Shown here: positions 40,178-52,570 of the stretch, piece after piece
Numbering within the stretch: the first letter of the stretch is position 1
How the letters are laid out: each line of letters opens with the position of its first letter
Source of the DNA: Octopus vulgaris
Lineage: Eukaryota
Length of the DNA: 64,000 nt
Assembly: GCA_951406725.2 (NCBI GenBank)
Contig: OX597837.1
Span: 10,230,001 to 10,294,000 of the forward strand
Direction: 5' to 3'
Program-made: the position numbers and the translations under genes
Notes under the pieces: model-generated
Seen by the model: the letters and a program-made list of their open reading frames with translations, nothing else
Database searches by the model: none
Told to the model about the DNA's origin: nothing

Positions 40178-40461
40178 GCTTAATAATCTCAATGGAGGCA
40201 ATGCAAGCGGAAACTAGAGGAACATAATTAATAGCTACACTCAAAATCAAATATATATATATATTCTTCTACATTTATAAAACTGATATAAAAATTCCAA
40301 ATATATAAATATAAAAATACATATAAATAGATAAATAGATGTCTATATGCATTTTTATATTTACATATTTAGAATTTTTATATCCGTTTTATAAATGTAG
40401 AAGAATATATGTATATATTTAATTTTGAGTGTGTGCCACCATTGAGATTATTTAAGCGGTA
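40173..40461. repeat. ~290-bp fold-back inserted in microsatellite
   Basis: ataccgcttaataatctcaatggaggca...acactcaaaatcaaatat...ttcttctacatttataaaactgatataaaaattc pairs with the right half ending ccattgagattatttaagcggtat. Confidence 0.92.
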
Positions 40462-40569
40462 TGTATGTATGTATGTATGTGCGTATGTGTGTCTGTGTAT
40501 GTGTGTGTCTGTGTATGTATGTATGTATATGTGTGTGTATGTGTGTGTATGTGTGTATGTGTGCATGCA

Positions 40570-40608
<39 letters not shown>

Positions 40609-40635
40609 GTGTGTGTGTATGTGTGTATGTGTGCA

Positions 40636-40675
<40 letters not shown>

Positions 40676-41119
40676 TGTTTGTGTGTGTATGTGTGTATGT
40701 ATGTATGTATGTATGTAGTCCTAGAGCGCACAATGTTCCTGAAGGTCGGCAATAGTCTTCCTCGGTCACGAGTGGACGGCCATCATCATCTATGTAAGTA
40801 TGCATCCCTGGATGGGACGCTAGTCTGGCGCATAATCACCCCCAGCATCCTCCTCGTCTCTCTCTCTCGGCACGAATAGCTTCAATGCGTTCCTCAAGCC
40901 CAGTCAGAGCGACACAAATAGCGAAAAATCAAATTTTTGAATGTCCAATATAGCCCCAACAACCCCACCACCACCACAATTTACTGTACTTTTTATCCAT
41001 TTTATTTATCGATTCCCGAAAAAAAGAAAAACGAAAAGCAAGGTTAATGCTCGACCAGATGTGAAGACGGAACAACAAGAAATATAACGATCCTGCCATT
41101 AGATGATAGCCTATCCGAC

Positions 41120-41165
41120 TCTCTGATGATGATACTAACCGAGTCGACGTCTCAGAAATGTCAGA
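41120..41165 (+). ncRNA. Minimal type I hammerhead ribozyme motif (PLE-type)
   Basis: tct-CTGATGA-tgatac-(13-nt loop)-gtctca-GAAA-tg-TC-aga: intact core, stem II 5/6 bp, stem I 3 bp, GUC cleavage triplet. Confidence 0.6.
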
Positions 41166-41518
41166 CATACATACAATGCGTCAGTGTTAATGGACAAAAC
41201 GTGTTTCTGTGAGACAATCGATAATAAGGAAGCATCAGTGAGGATCAGCACAGCTCTAGCTAGTTTCTAGTCTTGTTATGCCTTCATCAGAGAACGAATA
41301 CACGTCTTCGATAAGCCTGAAGTCGTTGTCAACTACATGTTTGTAACAGAAAAAGTATGCGGGTGAGTGTGTATATCAATATTTATGAGAACAGTTTGAT
41401 GGCAGTTGGAATTTCGAAGTCACTTTCCACATACCTACCGCTTATAAAATATGAAAAGTGTTCAGTTGGTTCGTTTGTTTTTTTTTGTTTTCGTTTCTTT
41501 TATTTAATATATAACATA

Positions 41519-41666
41519 AGCGCAAGGGTGGCTGTGTGTAAGTAGCTTGCTTACCAACCATATGGTTCTGGGTTCAGTCCCACCTTGGGCAAGTGTCTTC
41601 TGCTATAGCCCGGGCCGACCAAAGCCTTGTTTGTGGATTTGGTAGACGGAAACTGAAAGAAGCCTG

Positions 41667-41705
<39 letters not shown>

Positions 41706-42145
41706 GCAAAATTAGAAAATGGAGCTCCATTTTCTCATTTTGTATTATTAATTTACGGTAATAATTTTACCTTTGCCCACATAATACAGTGGATGAATTA
41801 ATTGCATGGCAATTTTTAACATTTATGTATTAGTCTTGTTGGGTACATCTCTAGCAGTATATTGGATATATGTTATCCCATGGTGGGTTGAATTTTCAAT
41901 CCCTATCTCATTATATATATATATATATATCTGTATGTGTGTGTGTGTGAGAGAGAGAGAGTGAGTGTGTCTCCCACCATCGCTTGACAACCGTTGTTGG
42001 TGCGTTTACGTCCCTAAAACTTAGTAGTTCAGCAAAAAAGACTGATAGAAGTACTAGGCTTACAGAAAATAAGTCCTGGGGTCGATTTGTTCGACTAAAA
42101 GAGGCGGTACTCCAGCATGGCCGCAAATGACGGAATAAAAGAAAC
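41519..42145 (+). mobile_element. SINE family B with a ~210-bp insert in its internal (TA)n
   Basis: Head 41519-41670, insert 41701-41911, tail 41970-42145. Confidence 0.85.
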
Positions 42146-42160
42146 TACATGAAAAGATTA

Positions 42161-42237
<77 letters not shown>

Positions 42238-42452
42238 GAGGGAACGATAGAACTTCTGATGATGGGGATGAAAGAAGGGGATTGAGGGAGAGGAAAGGTG
42301 AGGAGGAGGGGAACAAACTTCAGGGAGTCGGAAACCCCCGGAACGTTGTAAAAATAAAAGGCGGGACCATATTGGCAGATGCTGGGCGTGATATAGGAGT
42401 CTAATGGCAGCGTACACATATACACACATCTATATATATACACACACACACG

Positions 42453-42486
<34 letters not shown>

Positions 42487-42621
42487 TACATACATATATA
42501 CACATACGCACACACATATATATAATATATCTATTTTTCACACATTCACAAATATTTATATACACACACACATATTCTCACATGCACACGTACATAAACA
42601 CAAATATATACACCTATATAT

Positions 42622-42652
<31 letters not shown>

Positions 42653-42762
42653 CATACAGGCACACACACATAATATATATTTCACACATTCACAAATATT
42701 TCTATAAACACACATATTCTCACATACACACGAACATAAACACAAATATATACACCTATACA

Positions 42763-42810
<48 letters not shown>

Positions 42811-42863
42811 GGCACACACATATGTATGTGTATATGTATAATGTATACATAGATGCACAGACA

Positions 42864-42917
<54 letters not shown>

Positions 42918-43310
42918 CACACACCCGTATATACGCCGATAGACACACACAAATGTTTATGTAGAGTTAAATAAATACCCGTGAAATACTAATTGAAGTT
43001 TCACGCAATACACAAAAGTAGAATATCAAACTTCTATTTATATATTTGCTTGGAAAACGTCGACTGTGACTTCGAAATTTCGATGGAATATAAGACACAC
43101 CATGTGTGATACCTCGATGCAGCCTAATTGCGCGCATGTGTCCCGAAACTCTGGGGAGGTAACGCCGAAAACCGCCATGAAACGATCTTAGATAAATATG
43201 AAATTAAAATTCCGTCTGCTGAATAAATCCTATGAATACATCGTATTTTTGTCATACACGCATTATATATATACGTGTGCACGTACGAGTGTTATTATTA
43301 ATATTATTTG

Positions 43311-44163
43311 GCGGCGAGCTGGCAGAAACGTTAGCACGCAGGGTGAAATGCGTAGCCGTATTTCGTCTGCTGTTACGTTCTGAGTTCAAATTCTGCCGAG
43401 GTCGACTTTGCATTTTTATCCTTTCGGGGTCGATAAATTAAGTACCAGTTACGCCTCGGGGTCGATGTAATCGACTAAATCCCTCTGTTTGTCCCCTCTA
43501 TGTTTAGCCCTTTGTGGGCAATAAGGGAAGGAGTTGGCAGAATCGTTAGCACGCCGGGCGAAATGCGTAGCCATATTTCGTCCGCCGTTACGTTCTGAGT
43601 TCAAATTCCGCCGAATTCGACTTTGCTTTTTATCCTTTCGGGGTCGATAAATTAAGTACCAGTTACGTCTCGGGGTCGATGTAATCGACTTAACCCCTCT
43701 GTCTGTCCCCTCTATGTTTAGCCCCTTGTGGGCAATAAGGAAAGGAGCTGGCAGAAACGTTAGCACGCCGGGCGAAATGCGTAGCCGTATTTCGTCTGCT
43801 GTTACGTTCTGAGTTCAAATTCCGCCGAGGTCGACTTTGCTTTTTATCCTTTCGGGGTCGATAAATTAAGTACCAGTTACGCCTCGGGTTCGATGTAATC
43901 GACTTAATCCTTCTGTTTGTCCCCTCTATGTTTAGCCCCTTGTGGGCAATAAGGAAAGGAGCTGGCAGAAACGTTAGCACGCCGGGCGAAATGCGTAGCC
44001 GTATTTCGTCTGCTGTTGCGTTCTGAGTTCAAATTCCGCCGAGGTCGACTTTGCTTTTTATCCTTTCGGGGTCGATTAATTAAGTACCAGTTACGCACTG
44101 GGTCGATATAATCGACTTAATCCGTTTGTCTGTCCTTGTTAGTTCCCTCTGTGCCTAGCCCCT
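43311..44163 (+). repeat. Head-to-tail tetramer of SINE family A
   Basis: gag(c/t)tggcaga at 43316, 43531, 43745, 43959 (periods 215, 214, 214). Confidence 0.95.
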
Positions 44164-44236
44164 CGTATGTATGTATGTATGTATGTATGTATGTATGTAT
44201 GTATGTATGTATGTATGTATGTATGTATGTGTGCAT

Positions 44237-44421
44237 GGGGAGAGTTTACGAAAAAAACAAAAGACGAAGACAGGTGGTATACAAAACAAACAGATGTATT
44301 AGTATAACGCTAAGGAATACAAAAAGTCTTTTACGTTTCGAGCCTCCGCTCTTCTACAGAAAGATACACAGAAAAGAAACAAGGAGAGAAAAAATGTGTG
44401 TAGTGGCTAACGATCTATCAT

Positions 44422-44423
<2 letters not shown>
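44237..44423 (-). mobile_element. Family D (hammerhead-bearing, Penelope-like)
   Basis: Minus strand at 44327-44364: tcttt-CTGTAGA-A-gagc-ggag-gctc-GAAA-cg-TA-aaaga; flanked by (TATG)n and (TA)n. Confidence 0.85.
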
Positions 44424-44459
<36 letters not shown>

Positions 44460-44529
44460 CACACATATACATATATATATATATATACATATACACATAC
44501 ATATACATATACATATATACATAAACACA

Positions 44530-44588
<59 letters not shown>

Positions 44589-44735
44589 ATACATATACAT
44601 ATATATATATACATATATATATATACATATACATACATATATATATATATATACATATGTGTGTGTGTATATTAATGCATGTGTATATAGCTGTATGCAT
44701 ATGTGATATATTAATGTGTGTGTAGCAATAAATGC

Positions 44736-44776
<41 letters not shown>

Positions 44777-45211
44777 GTTCAAATTTAGAGGAAAGCAAAA
44801 ATGAAGACAGACGTACAAACAACATTCAGGTGTGTCTAGGTTAATGCTACGCTTTTCGAGAGAAACAATTTAGAGGGGGAAATGGCGAGAGAAAGAAAGG
44901 AAAAAAAAAAAGGAAAAGTGCAGAGTTCATCCAAAATGGCGAGATGACTGGAAAGAAGACGTTCAATGTAAAGGAGTTAAACAGTGTGTGTGTGTGTTGG
45001 GGGCGGGGGCTACTCGTAGAATGGTATTTGTGGTGATGCTGCTGAAGAGCATGTGGATTAATGGTATGTGGTGTGAGTGGTGAGAAATGTTCGGTGCCAG
45101 TATGTGTGGAGTGGGAAGGTGTATGAGTGTGTGTGTGCATGTATTTATATGTACATATATACACACACACACAATATAATCAAAATACATATATATATAT
45201 ATATATATATA

Positions 45212-45605
45212 TAGGCGCAGGGGAGGCTGTGTGGTAAGTAGCTTGCTTACCAACCACATGGTTCCGGGTTCAGTCCCACTGTGTGGCACCTTGGGCAAGT
45301 GTCTTCTGCTATAGCATCGGGCCGACCAAAAGCCCTGTGAGTGGATTTGGTAGGTGGAAACTGAAAGAATCCCGTCGTATATATGTATATATATGTGTGT
45401 GTTTGTGTGTCTGTTTTTGTCCCCCTAGCATTGCTTGACAACCGATGCTGGTGTGTTTGCGTCCCAGTAAATTAGCAGTTCGGCAAAAGAGACCGATAGA
45501 ATAAAGTACTGGGCTTACAAAGAATAAGTCCCGGGGTCGATTTGCTCGACTAAAGGCGGTGCTCCAGCATGGCCGCAGTCAAATGACTGAAACAAGTAAA
45601 AGAGT
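45212..45605 (+). mobile_element. SINE family B, full length
   Basis: taggcgcagg..gctgtgtggtaagtagcttgcttacc through aaacaagtaaaagagt. Confidence 0.93.
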
Positions 45606-46788
45606 ATACACACACACACGTAGGTGTGTGAGTTCTTGGTGCGCTACCCTGGGCGACACCTGATGAAGGGTGGTTCTTAGCGTTACTTGTCCTGTTTTCA
45701 ATTTTCTCTCTCGTTGTTTGCGTATTTTAACTCGCTTGTTTTCGTACTACATGTTGTTTACAGTTGGTGACATCCTGTACGCAGGAGTGGCTGTGAGGTA
45801 AGAATCTTGCCTCCCAGAGTGGCTGTGAGGTAAGAATCTTGCCTCCCAGTCACATGGCTCCGGGTTCAGTTCCACTGCGTGGCACCTTCGTTGAGTGCCT
45901 ACTCCTATTTATTGCCTCGAGCCTACCAAAGCCTTATGAGTAGATTTGGTAGGTGGAAACTCTCAGAAGCCCATCATTATACATATATATATATTGGTGT
46001 TTCTATGTCTGTAACTTAGGGTTTCGGCAAAATAGACCGATAGAATAAGAAATAGGCTTACAAAGGATACAACAAATAAGTCTTGGGGGTCGATTTGTTC
46101 GACTAAAGGCCGCTGTCAAATGACTGAAACAAGTAAAAGAATAAAGGAACACACACACACACACACACACGTGTATGTGGGTGTGTGATAAAAAATATTA
46201 ATGCGTAAATAATATTTTCTTGTTAATTACAAATCTTTGTGTAAGTAGCTGTGTCCTATTTCTACATCTGTTTACACCTAGAAATGTATACACACACGGG
46301 TGTGTGTGTATATATATATATATATTATATACATACATACACACATCATTTTTTGCGCGAGGGCTTCAAGAGGGGAGAGAGGTAAAAGAACTAGGGAAGT
46401 GACCCTTTTATGAACCCAAAACAGTGACAATAAACTCAGCCCCACCGTCATTTTTTATTTTATTTCCCCTTTCTTTTCCTGCCCCTATTTTGGAGATAAA
46501 TTGATTGTGGGGAACAAATGGAGGAAGAGAGAATGGGAAAGCGTGAGAGAGAAAGAGAGAGAAAGGAGAGAATGGGGTGGTGGAGGGGGTAGTTGTTGTT
46601 GGGAAACGTTTAGGGGGCATTCTATTCAAGAATAAAAGAAAGAAAAAAAAAAGGGGTCAAGTGAAAGAAGTGGAACGAATGTGGGATGGCAAGCAAAACA
46701 CGAATCGCACATGATGGGGTAAACATATGCGTGGAAGCCCGTGTGTGTGTGTGTGCGTGTATGTGTGCGTGCGTGTGCGCGTGTGTAT

Positions 46789-46826
<38 letters not shown>

Positions 46827-46974
46827 GCGCTTGTTATATACATATATTTATATATAATATATACATATTCATATATATATATGAGTGTCTATATATATAT
46901 ATATATATATAAATACATATAATATATATAAATACATATAATATATATATATATATATAATATATATGTGTGTG

Positions 46975-47070
46975 TGAGAGAGTGTCTTATATAAATATGT
47001 ATGTATTTATATATAAAAATACATGCGTGTCTATATATAGATATGTATATAATCAAAACACAACATATTA

Positions 47071-47105
<35 letters not shown>

Positions 47106-47148
47106 AGTGTGTCTTGATATATATATATATAATCAAAATACAGCATAT

Positions 47149-47225
<77 letters not shown>

Positions 47226-47295
47226 AGTGTGTCTTGATATATATATATATATATATATATATAATCAAAATACAGCATATTACTATATATATATA
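46975..47295. repeat. Triplicated microsatellite-containing unit
   Basis: ataatcaaaa(c/t)aca(a/g)catattactatat occurs three times, with gagtgtgtcttgat spacers. Confidence 0.85.
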
Positions 47296-48065
47296 CACAC
47301 ATACAGGACCGTGTACGAACACATATATATATATATATGCACACTTTACATTCATATATACACACGAACGCACACGCACGCATATATACACATGCAATTT
47401 ATGCATATATATATATATGTCTTTGTGTCTATACATAAAAAAAAATGTATATGAAAAGGACCACGGAATGAGGAATGAAACACAAAAATTGAATAGTAAT
47501 TGGGAAGAAAAGAGACCTTGTTATGAAAGAAGAAGAAAAAGGATCGTTCATATATTTTGGCGCGAAAATTTGACCTCAATTTTTGTTGAAGGGTGATGGT
47601 CGTGGGGGGCACATATACATATAGACAACACATTCAGCCTAACCAACCTCCAGTTCTTTGTTGCTTTCTTTAAAAGAGAAATTCGTCCCCTATCTGTCAC
47701 TTTTTATTGGAGATTAAAAGAATTAAGAAGGAATAATTGACCTGGATTTCATGAAATCCTGTCTTTATTGTTCTGGTTCTGGTTTTCTGTATCCATCGAG
47801 AAGAGTGGGGGTATGCGAACCGCTGCAGCATCTCAGGAAATCGTTAGAATTAATGTCATTTTATCTCTAGCCACACACACACACACACACACAGCTGCGA
47901 TGGCTAAAACTGACTTTAAGAACAAAAGAGAAAGGTAATATTCGGTATTTTTATAATTTGTTTTAAATATCTTTCAGTCATTGGACGAAGGCCATCCAGG
48001 AGCACAACCGCAAGGAGTTCATTATATATATATATATATATGTATGTGTGTATATATGTATTATG

Positions 48066-48124
<59 letters not shown>

Positions 48125-48204
48125 ACACACACACATACTATAATATATATGTGTGTGTATGCATAGAAACACACTATATATACATACATATATGCATGTG
48201 CGAA

Positions 48205-48551
48205 CCCTTTCGGGGTCGGTAAGTTAAGTACCAGTAAAACACTGGAGTCGATGTAATCGACTAGTTCCCCTCTCCAACAATTTCCGACCTTGCGTCTATC
48301 TTATAGTAGAAAGGATTATTATTACCTATTTCTTTACTACCCACAAGAGGCTAAACACAGAGAGGACAAACAAGGACAGATTAAGTCGATTATATCAACC
48401 CCAGTGCGTAACTGGTACTTAATTGATCGACCCCGAAATGATGAAAGGCAAAGTCGACCTCGGCGGAATTTGAACTCAGAACGTAACGGCAGACGAAAAT
48501 ACCGCTAAACATTTCGCCCGGCATGCTAACGTTTCAGCCAGCTCACCGCCT
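48205..48551. mobile_element. Tail-to-tail inverted pair of SINE A copies
   Basis: Plus-strand partial 48205-48315 followed by a minus-strand near-full copy 48326-48551. Confidence 0.85.
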
Positions 48552-48553
48552 TA

Positions 48554-48587
<34 letters not shown>

Positions 48588-48687
48588 GTTTCTAATATTA
48601 AGACACACGGACAACAAAGCGATAAAAATGATTAGTTTTCATGGTTTTACCGTTAGCGATTAATGAGAACACGATTGAATAAATTAT

Positions 48688-49108
48688 GCGAGCGTGATCG
48701 TTACCAGCGTCACCTTACTGGCACTTGTGCCCGCGCTAGTAGGGTGCCACGAGCACCATCCGAGTGTGATCGTTGCCAGAGCAACCAATTGGCTTCCGTG
48801 CCAGTGGCACGTAAAAGGGAACCATTCGAGCGTGATCGTTACCAACGTCGCCTTACTGGCGGCACCTGTTCTGGTGGCATGTGTAAAAGGATTCGAGCGA
48901 AGTCGATGCCAGCAGTACCGCCTGACTGGCCCCCGTGCCGGTGGCACGTAAAAAGCACCCACTACTACAGTCTCGGAGTGGTTGGCATTAGGAAGGGCAT
49001 CCAGCTGTAGAAACTCTGCCAAACCAAGATTGGAGCCTGGTGCGGCCATCTGGTTCGCCAGCCCTCAGTCAAAATCGTCGGAACGCGGACGTTAAACGAT
49101 GATGATGA
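48688..49108 (+). mobile_element. SINE family C with internal tandem sub-repeats
   Basis: cgag(c/t)gtgatcgtt(a/g)cca three times, then the family C 3' region ending cgttaaacgatgatgatgat. Confidence 0.85.
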
Positions 49109-50456
49109 TTGCCTCACTGATGAGATCCAATAAAGCGGAAACATGTGTTGGTACTTGTCGCATTACTGGTTTATAATATATACATTGGTTTTACTTAAAG
49201 CCTTAAATCCGACCTTTCCCATATAAGCAAGGAATAATTTTCGCCAAGGATACCTTCTTTCTTTTTTATTTATTTATTTTTATTTCTTACTTTTTAGGGC
49301 TTTCCTTCATCACAAATAAGAGGGAAACTTCAGTAGATCGGGAATTATGTTTTATACACCATCATTCCACCACGAACCACCACCACCACCAACCACATCA
49401 CCGGCAGCCCCCTTTCAAGCGACACCCACCTCGTGGCCGAGTTACCTCAGAGCAAACTCCTTTATGAATAGGAGGAGGGGGGTGTAAAGGTCATGACCGC
49501 AGTTTCAATCCAGATAAGATGGGATTAATAAAAGGTTAAAAGGAAGAGGGGAAGGAGAGAGAGTATACAGAGGGGGTGCGTATATATTATGTATGTATGT
49601 ATGTATGCATGTACGTACGTATATACGCATGTATATAAATATATGTAAATATATACGTATGAATATATATGTACATTTATATGTGTATGTATGTATATAT
49701 GCACGTCTATATGTATTTATATATGCACACACAGATATGTATATGTGTGTATATATATACACACACACACGTGTGTATATATACACACACACACACACAC
49801 ACATATGTATATGTGTGTATATATGTGTATAAAACCTACACATATTATACATACTCAAAGATATATATATATATAATATGTACATGCTTATACATACATA
49901 ATGTATACATGTTTACACACACACACACATATATATACACATACAAATACTTATACGTGTGTGTATTATACATACACAAAAATATATACGCGCGTGCGCG
50001 CAGACACACTCTCTCTCTCTCTCTCTCTCAAATATGCACACGATCCTGTTCGACCTCTTTCTCTAAATACACGCATTAAACACTTTCAAAAATACTCGCA
50101 TTAAAATATATACCCCGTGTATTTATAGCTTCATTTCGTTACCCTACAACGATGTTACCGGTTCACTGGGCGGTCAGTCCATCTGCCAGAAATAGCAGTC
50201 AAACCTTCTTCGTATCATAAGCGTGCGCGCGCGCACACACACACACACACTGGACTACGTAAGCCTAAATTCACTGCATATATGTGAGATGGAAAAGTAT
50301 AAGAAGGACAAACCCGAAACCCAGACCTGTACTAAAGAGGGCAGTGATAGGGTCGCGAATGGAGACGTATGAACTCCGATGAACTTAAATGATCGATTGA
50401 TTGGCCGGATGGATAAGCAAAACATCGATTATTTAATTGGTTAAATGTTTAATTAG

Positions 50457-50683
50457 GGAGAGCTTACGAAAAAAAAAAAAAAAAAGGACGAAGACAGGTG
50501 GTGTAGAAAACAAACAGATGTATTAGTATAACGCTCAGGAATAGAAAAAGTCTTTTATGTTTCGAGCCTACGCTCTTGTACAGAAAGGGACACAGAAAAA
50601 ATAAGGAGAGAAACAAATAGAGAAAAAAAGGAGAGAAACAAAATGTGTGTAGTGGCTAACGATCTATCATGGCGACTGACTCG
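50457..50683 (-). mobile_element. Family D copy with a 10-bp target-site duplication
   Basis: gtttaattag at 50447-50456 and 50684-50693. Confidence 0.88.
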
Positions 50684-50813
50684 GTTTAATTAGTTAGCTT
50701 ACAACTGATTCGAATTTTGGCACCAGAGCAGCAATTTAAGTAGGATAGATACGTCGATTATTGCCACCCCAGTGCTCAACTAGCCCTTTTACTTATTTTT
50801 ATCGACCACGTGA

Positions 50814-50999
50814 CGAGGGGTTACTGCAAAGTTCCCGGTCTGGGGTAAAAGAAAATACAGGAGGATCAGTTAGTTAAGGCCTCATTTCACATATTCCCCT
50901 TCCAGCTTTATACAGTTACTATTGCAGTCCTTCAATTTTTCCAAGTCCTGTAAAAGAACACGGATACCCTTAGAGCCACGAATTTTTCACCACCCCTTG
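50814..50999 (-). mobile_element. Mariner-derived MITE
   Basis: cgaggggttactgcaaagttccc / gaatttttcaccaccccttg; internal gaaaatacaggaggatcagtta shared with 22787. Confidence 0.7.
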
Positions 51000-51013
51000 A
51001 TATGTACATGTAA

Positions 51014-51303
51014 TCTTTATATATAAAAGTGAAGTTGTGTGTCTGTCTCCTACGATTTAGATTCCTAACTACTCCCACATTTTGCGGTGCAGTTTAACCA
51101 AAAGCGGGTATCTTATAGTCGTGATTCATATCGAGCCCTTCTGGGTATTAGCGCGCGTCTACGATGAGTCTACGATTTAAAAAAAAAAATTACCAGCATT
51201 TTTTCCCATTTTAATGCATTTTTTTTGCTATTATATAAGGGAAGTAACTGCTTATATATTTATTCCCATTACAAACCCGAGCCACGCCGGGCGATACTGC
51301 TAG
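51014..51303 (+). mobile_element. Non-autonomous Helitron
   Basis: A|TCtttatatataaaag ... acaaacccgagccacgccgggcgatactgCTAG|T. Confidence 0.9.
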
Positions 51304-51885
51304 TGTATGTATATATTCTGTTACATTGTTACTTGCTCTAGCATTTGACTGCGGCCATACCGGAGCACCGTCCGAACAGGTTTTTAGTCGAAGAAATTGA
51401 CACCAGGACATATTCTTTGTAAGCCTAGTACTTATTCCATCGGTCGCATTTGCCGAACTGCTAGTTTACGGAGACGTAAACACACCAACATCGGTTGTCA
51501 AGCGATGGTTGGGGGACAAACACAGCACAAAGATACACACACACACATATATATATATACGACGGGCTTCTTTCAGTTTCCGTCTACCATATTCATTCAC
51601 AAGGCTTCGATCAGCCAGAGCCTACAGTAAAAGACACTTGCCCAATATATAACGCAATGGGACCGAACCCGGAACCATGTGGTTGGGAAGCAAGCTTCTT
51701 AGCACGCCCGCGCCATACGTATTCTATATATATATATATAAAAGGCATAAATTTTCCGTAAAGATTTCAGCTCTGATGATTCTCCGAAACGAGATGAAAC
51801 CCCTTAATAAATAATTATCCAAAATTCTGACAAGCCCCCTTTCCTTAATGTAAAAAAAAAATCATCTGTACACGACCTCAACTAA

Positions 51886-51932
<47 letters not shown>

Positions 51933-52159
51933 TTCGTTATCGCCTCTTCATCTTCTTCACCGTCTGCAATAAAAAGAGTTCAACCGTTTCAATTTAGCGC
52001 ATAAATGCTTTTGTGTGTTTCTAAAAAGACACAAACCCTTTACACCTCTCTGTATCGTTGTGAAACGATGTAAATGTAGATTATTAGATGTGTAGTTATT
52101 ACCTCGTCTCTTCCGACCCTCGATAAATAATAATAATAATAATAATGATAATAAATAAT

Positions 52160-52526
52160 GAAATAGAAAAATCTGGAACCTGAAGACTAAAACAATACCT
52201 GTTGTCATAGGTGCCATGGGAATGATAGCAAAAGGGGGATTGCTACCTAAGCTGAGATACCAGGAAACACCAAAATGGTAGAAATTCAGAAGATAGTGCT
52301 CATGTGAACTGCCCATATCCTACGCAAAATACTTTCTATGTAATCTCAAGTTTTAAGACAAACATAATTTTCTTATGGTTTCTTAAACATTCTCTAGAAC
52401 AACACTAAGTACAAAACCAAATATATATGGCACCCTAGGCATAACACCAACATGAACTTCCAACTTGATGTCTCTTGAGGTCTCTGGGTGAGACTTGTAC
52501 AAATGTAAAGCAAAAGTCAAACTTAA

Positions 52527-52568
<42 letters not shown>
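52160..52568 (+). mobile_element. R4/Dong-clade LINE 3' fragment in (TAA)n
   Basis: Translates IWNLKTKTIPVVIGAMGMIAKG...KIVLM*TAHILRKILSM*, the typical Dong/R4 C-terminus; (TAA)n on both sides, the known Dong target. Confidence 0.85.

Positions 52569-52570
<2 letters not shown>

Noticed and set aside
43449-44098. Repeated ORFs WYLIYRPRKD...RRNLNSERN (also at 4285, 31061, 48290)
   Set aside because: Antisense translation of SINE A, not a gene family.
43311-44163. CRISPR-like regular array (also 57512-58003)
   Set aside because: No unique spacers, wrong unit sizes, eukaryotic context, no cas genes.
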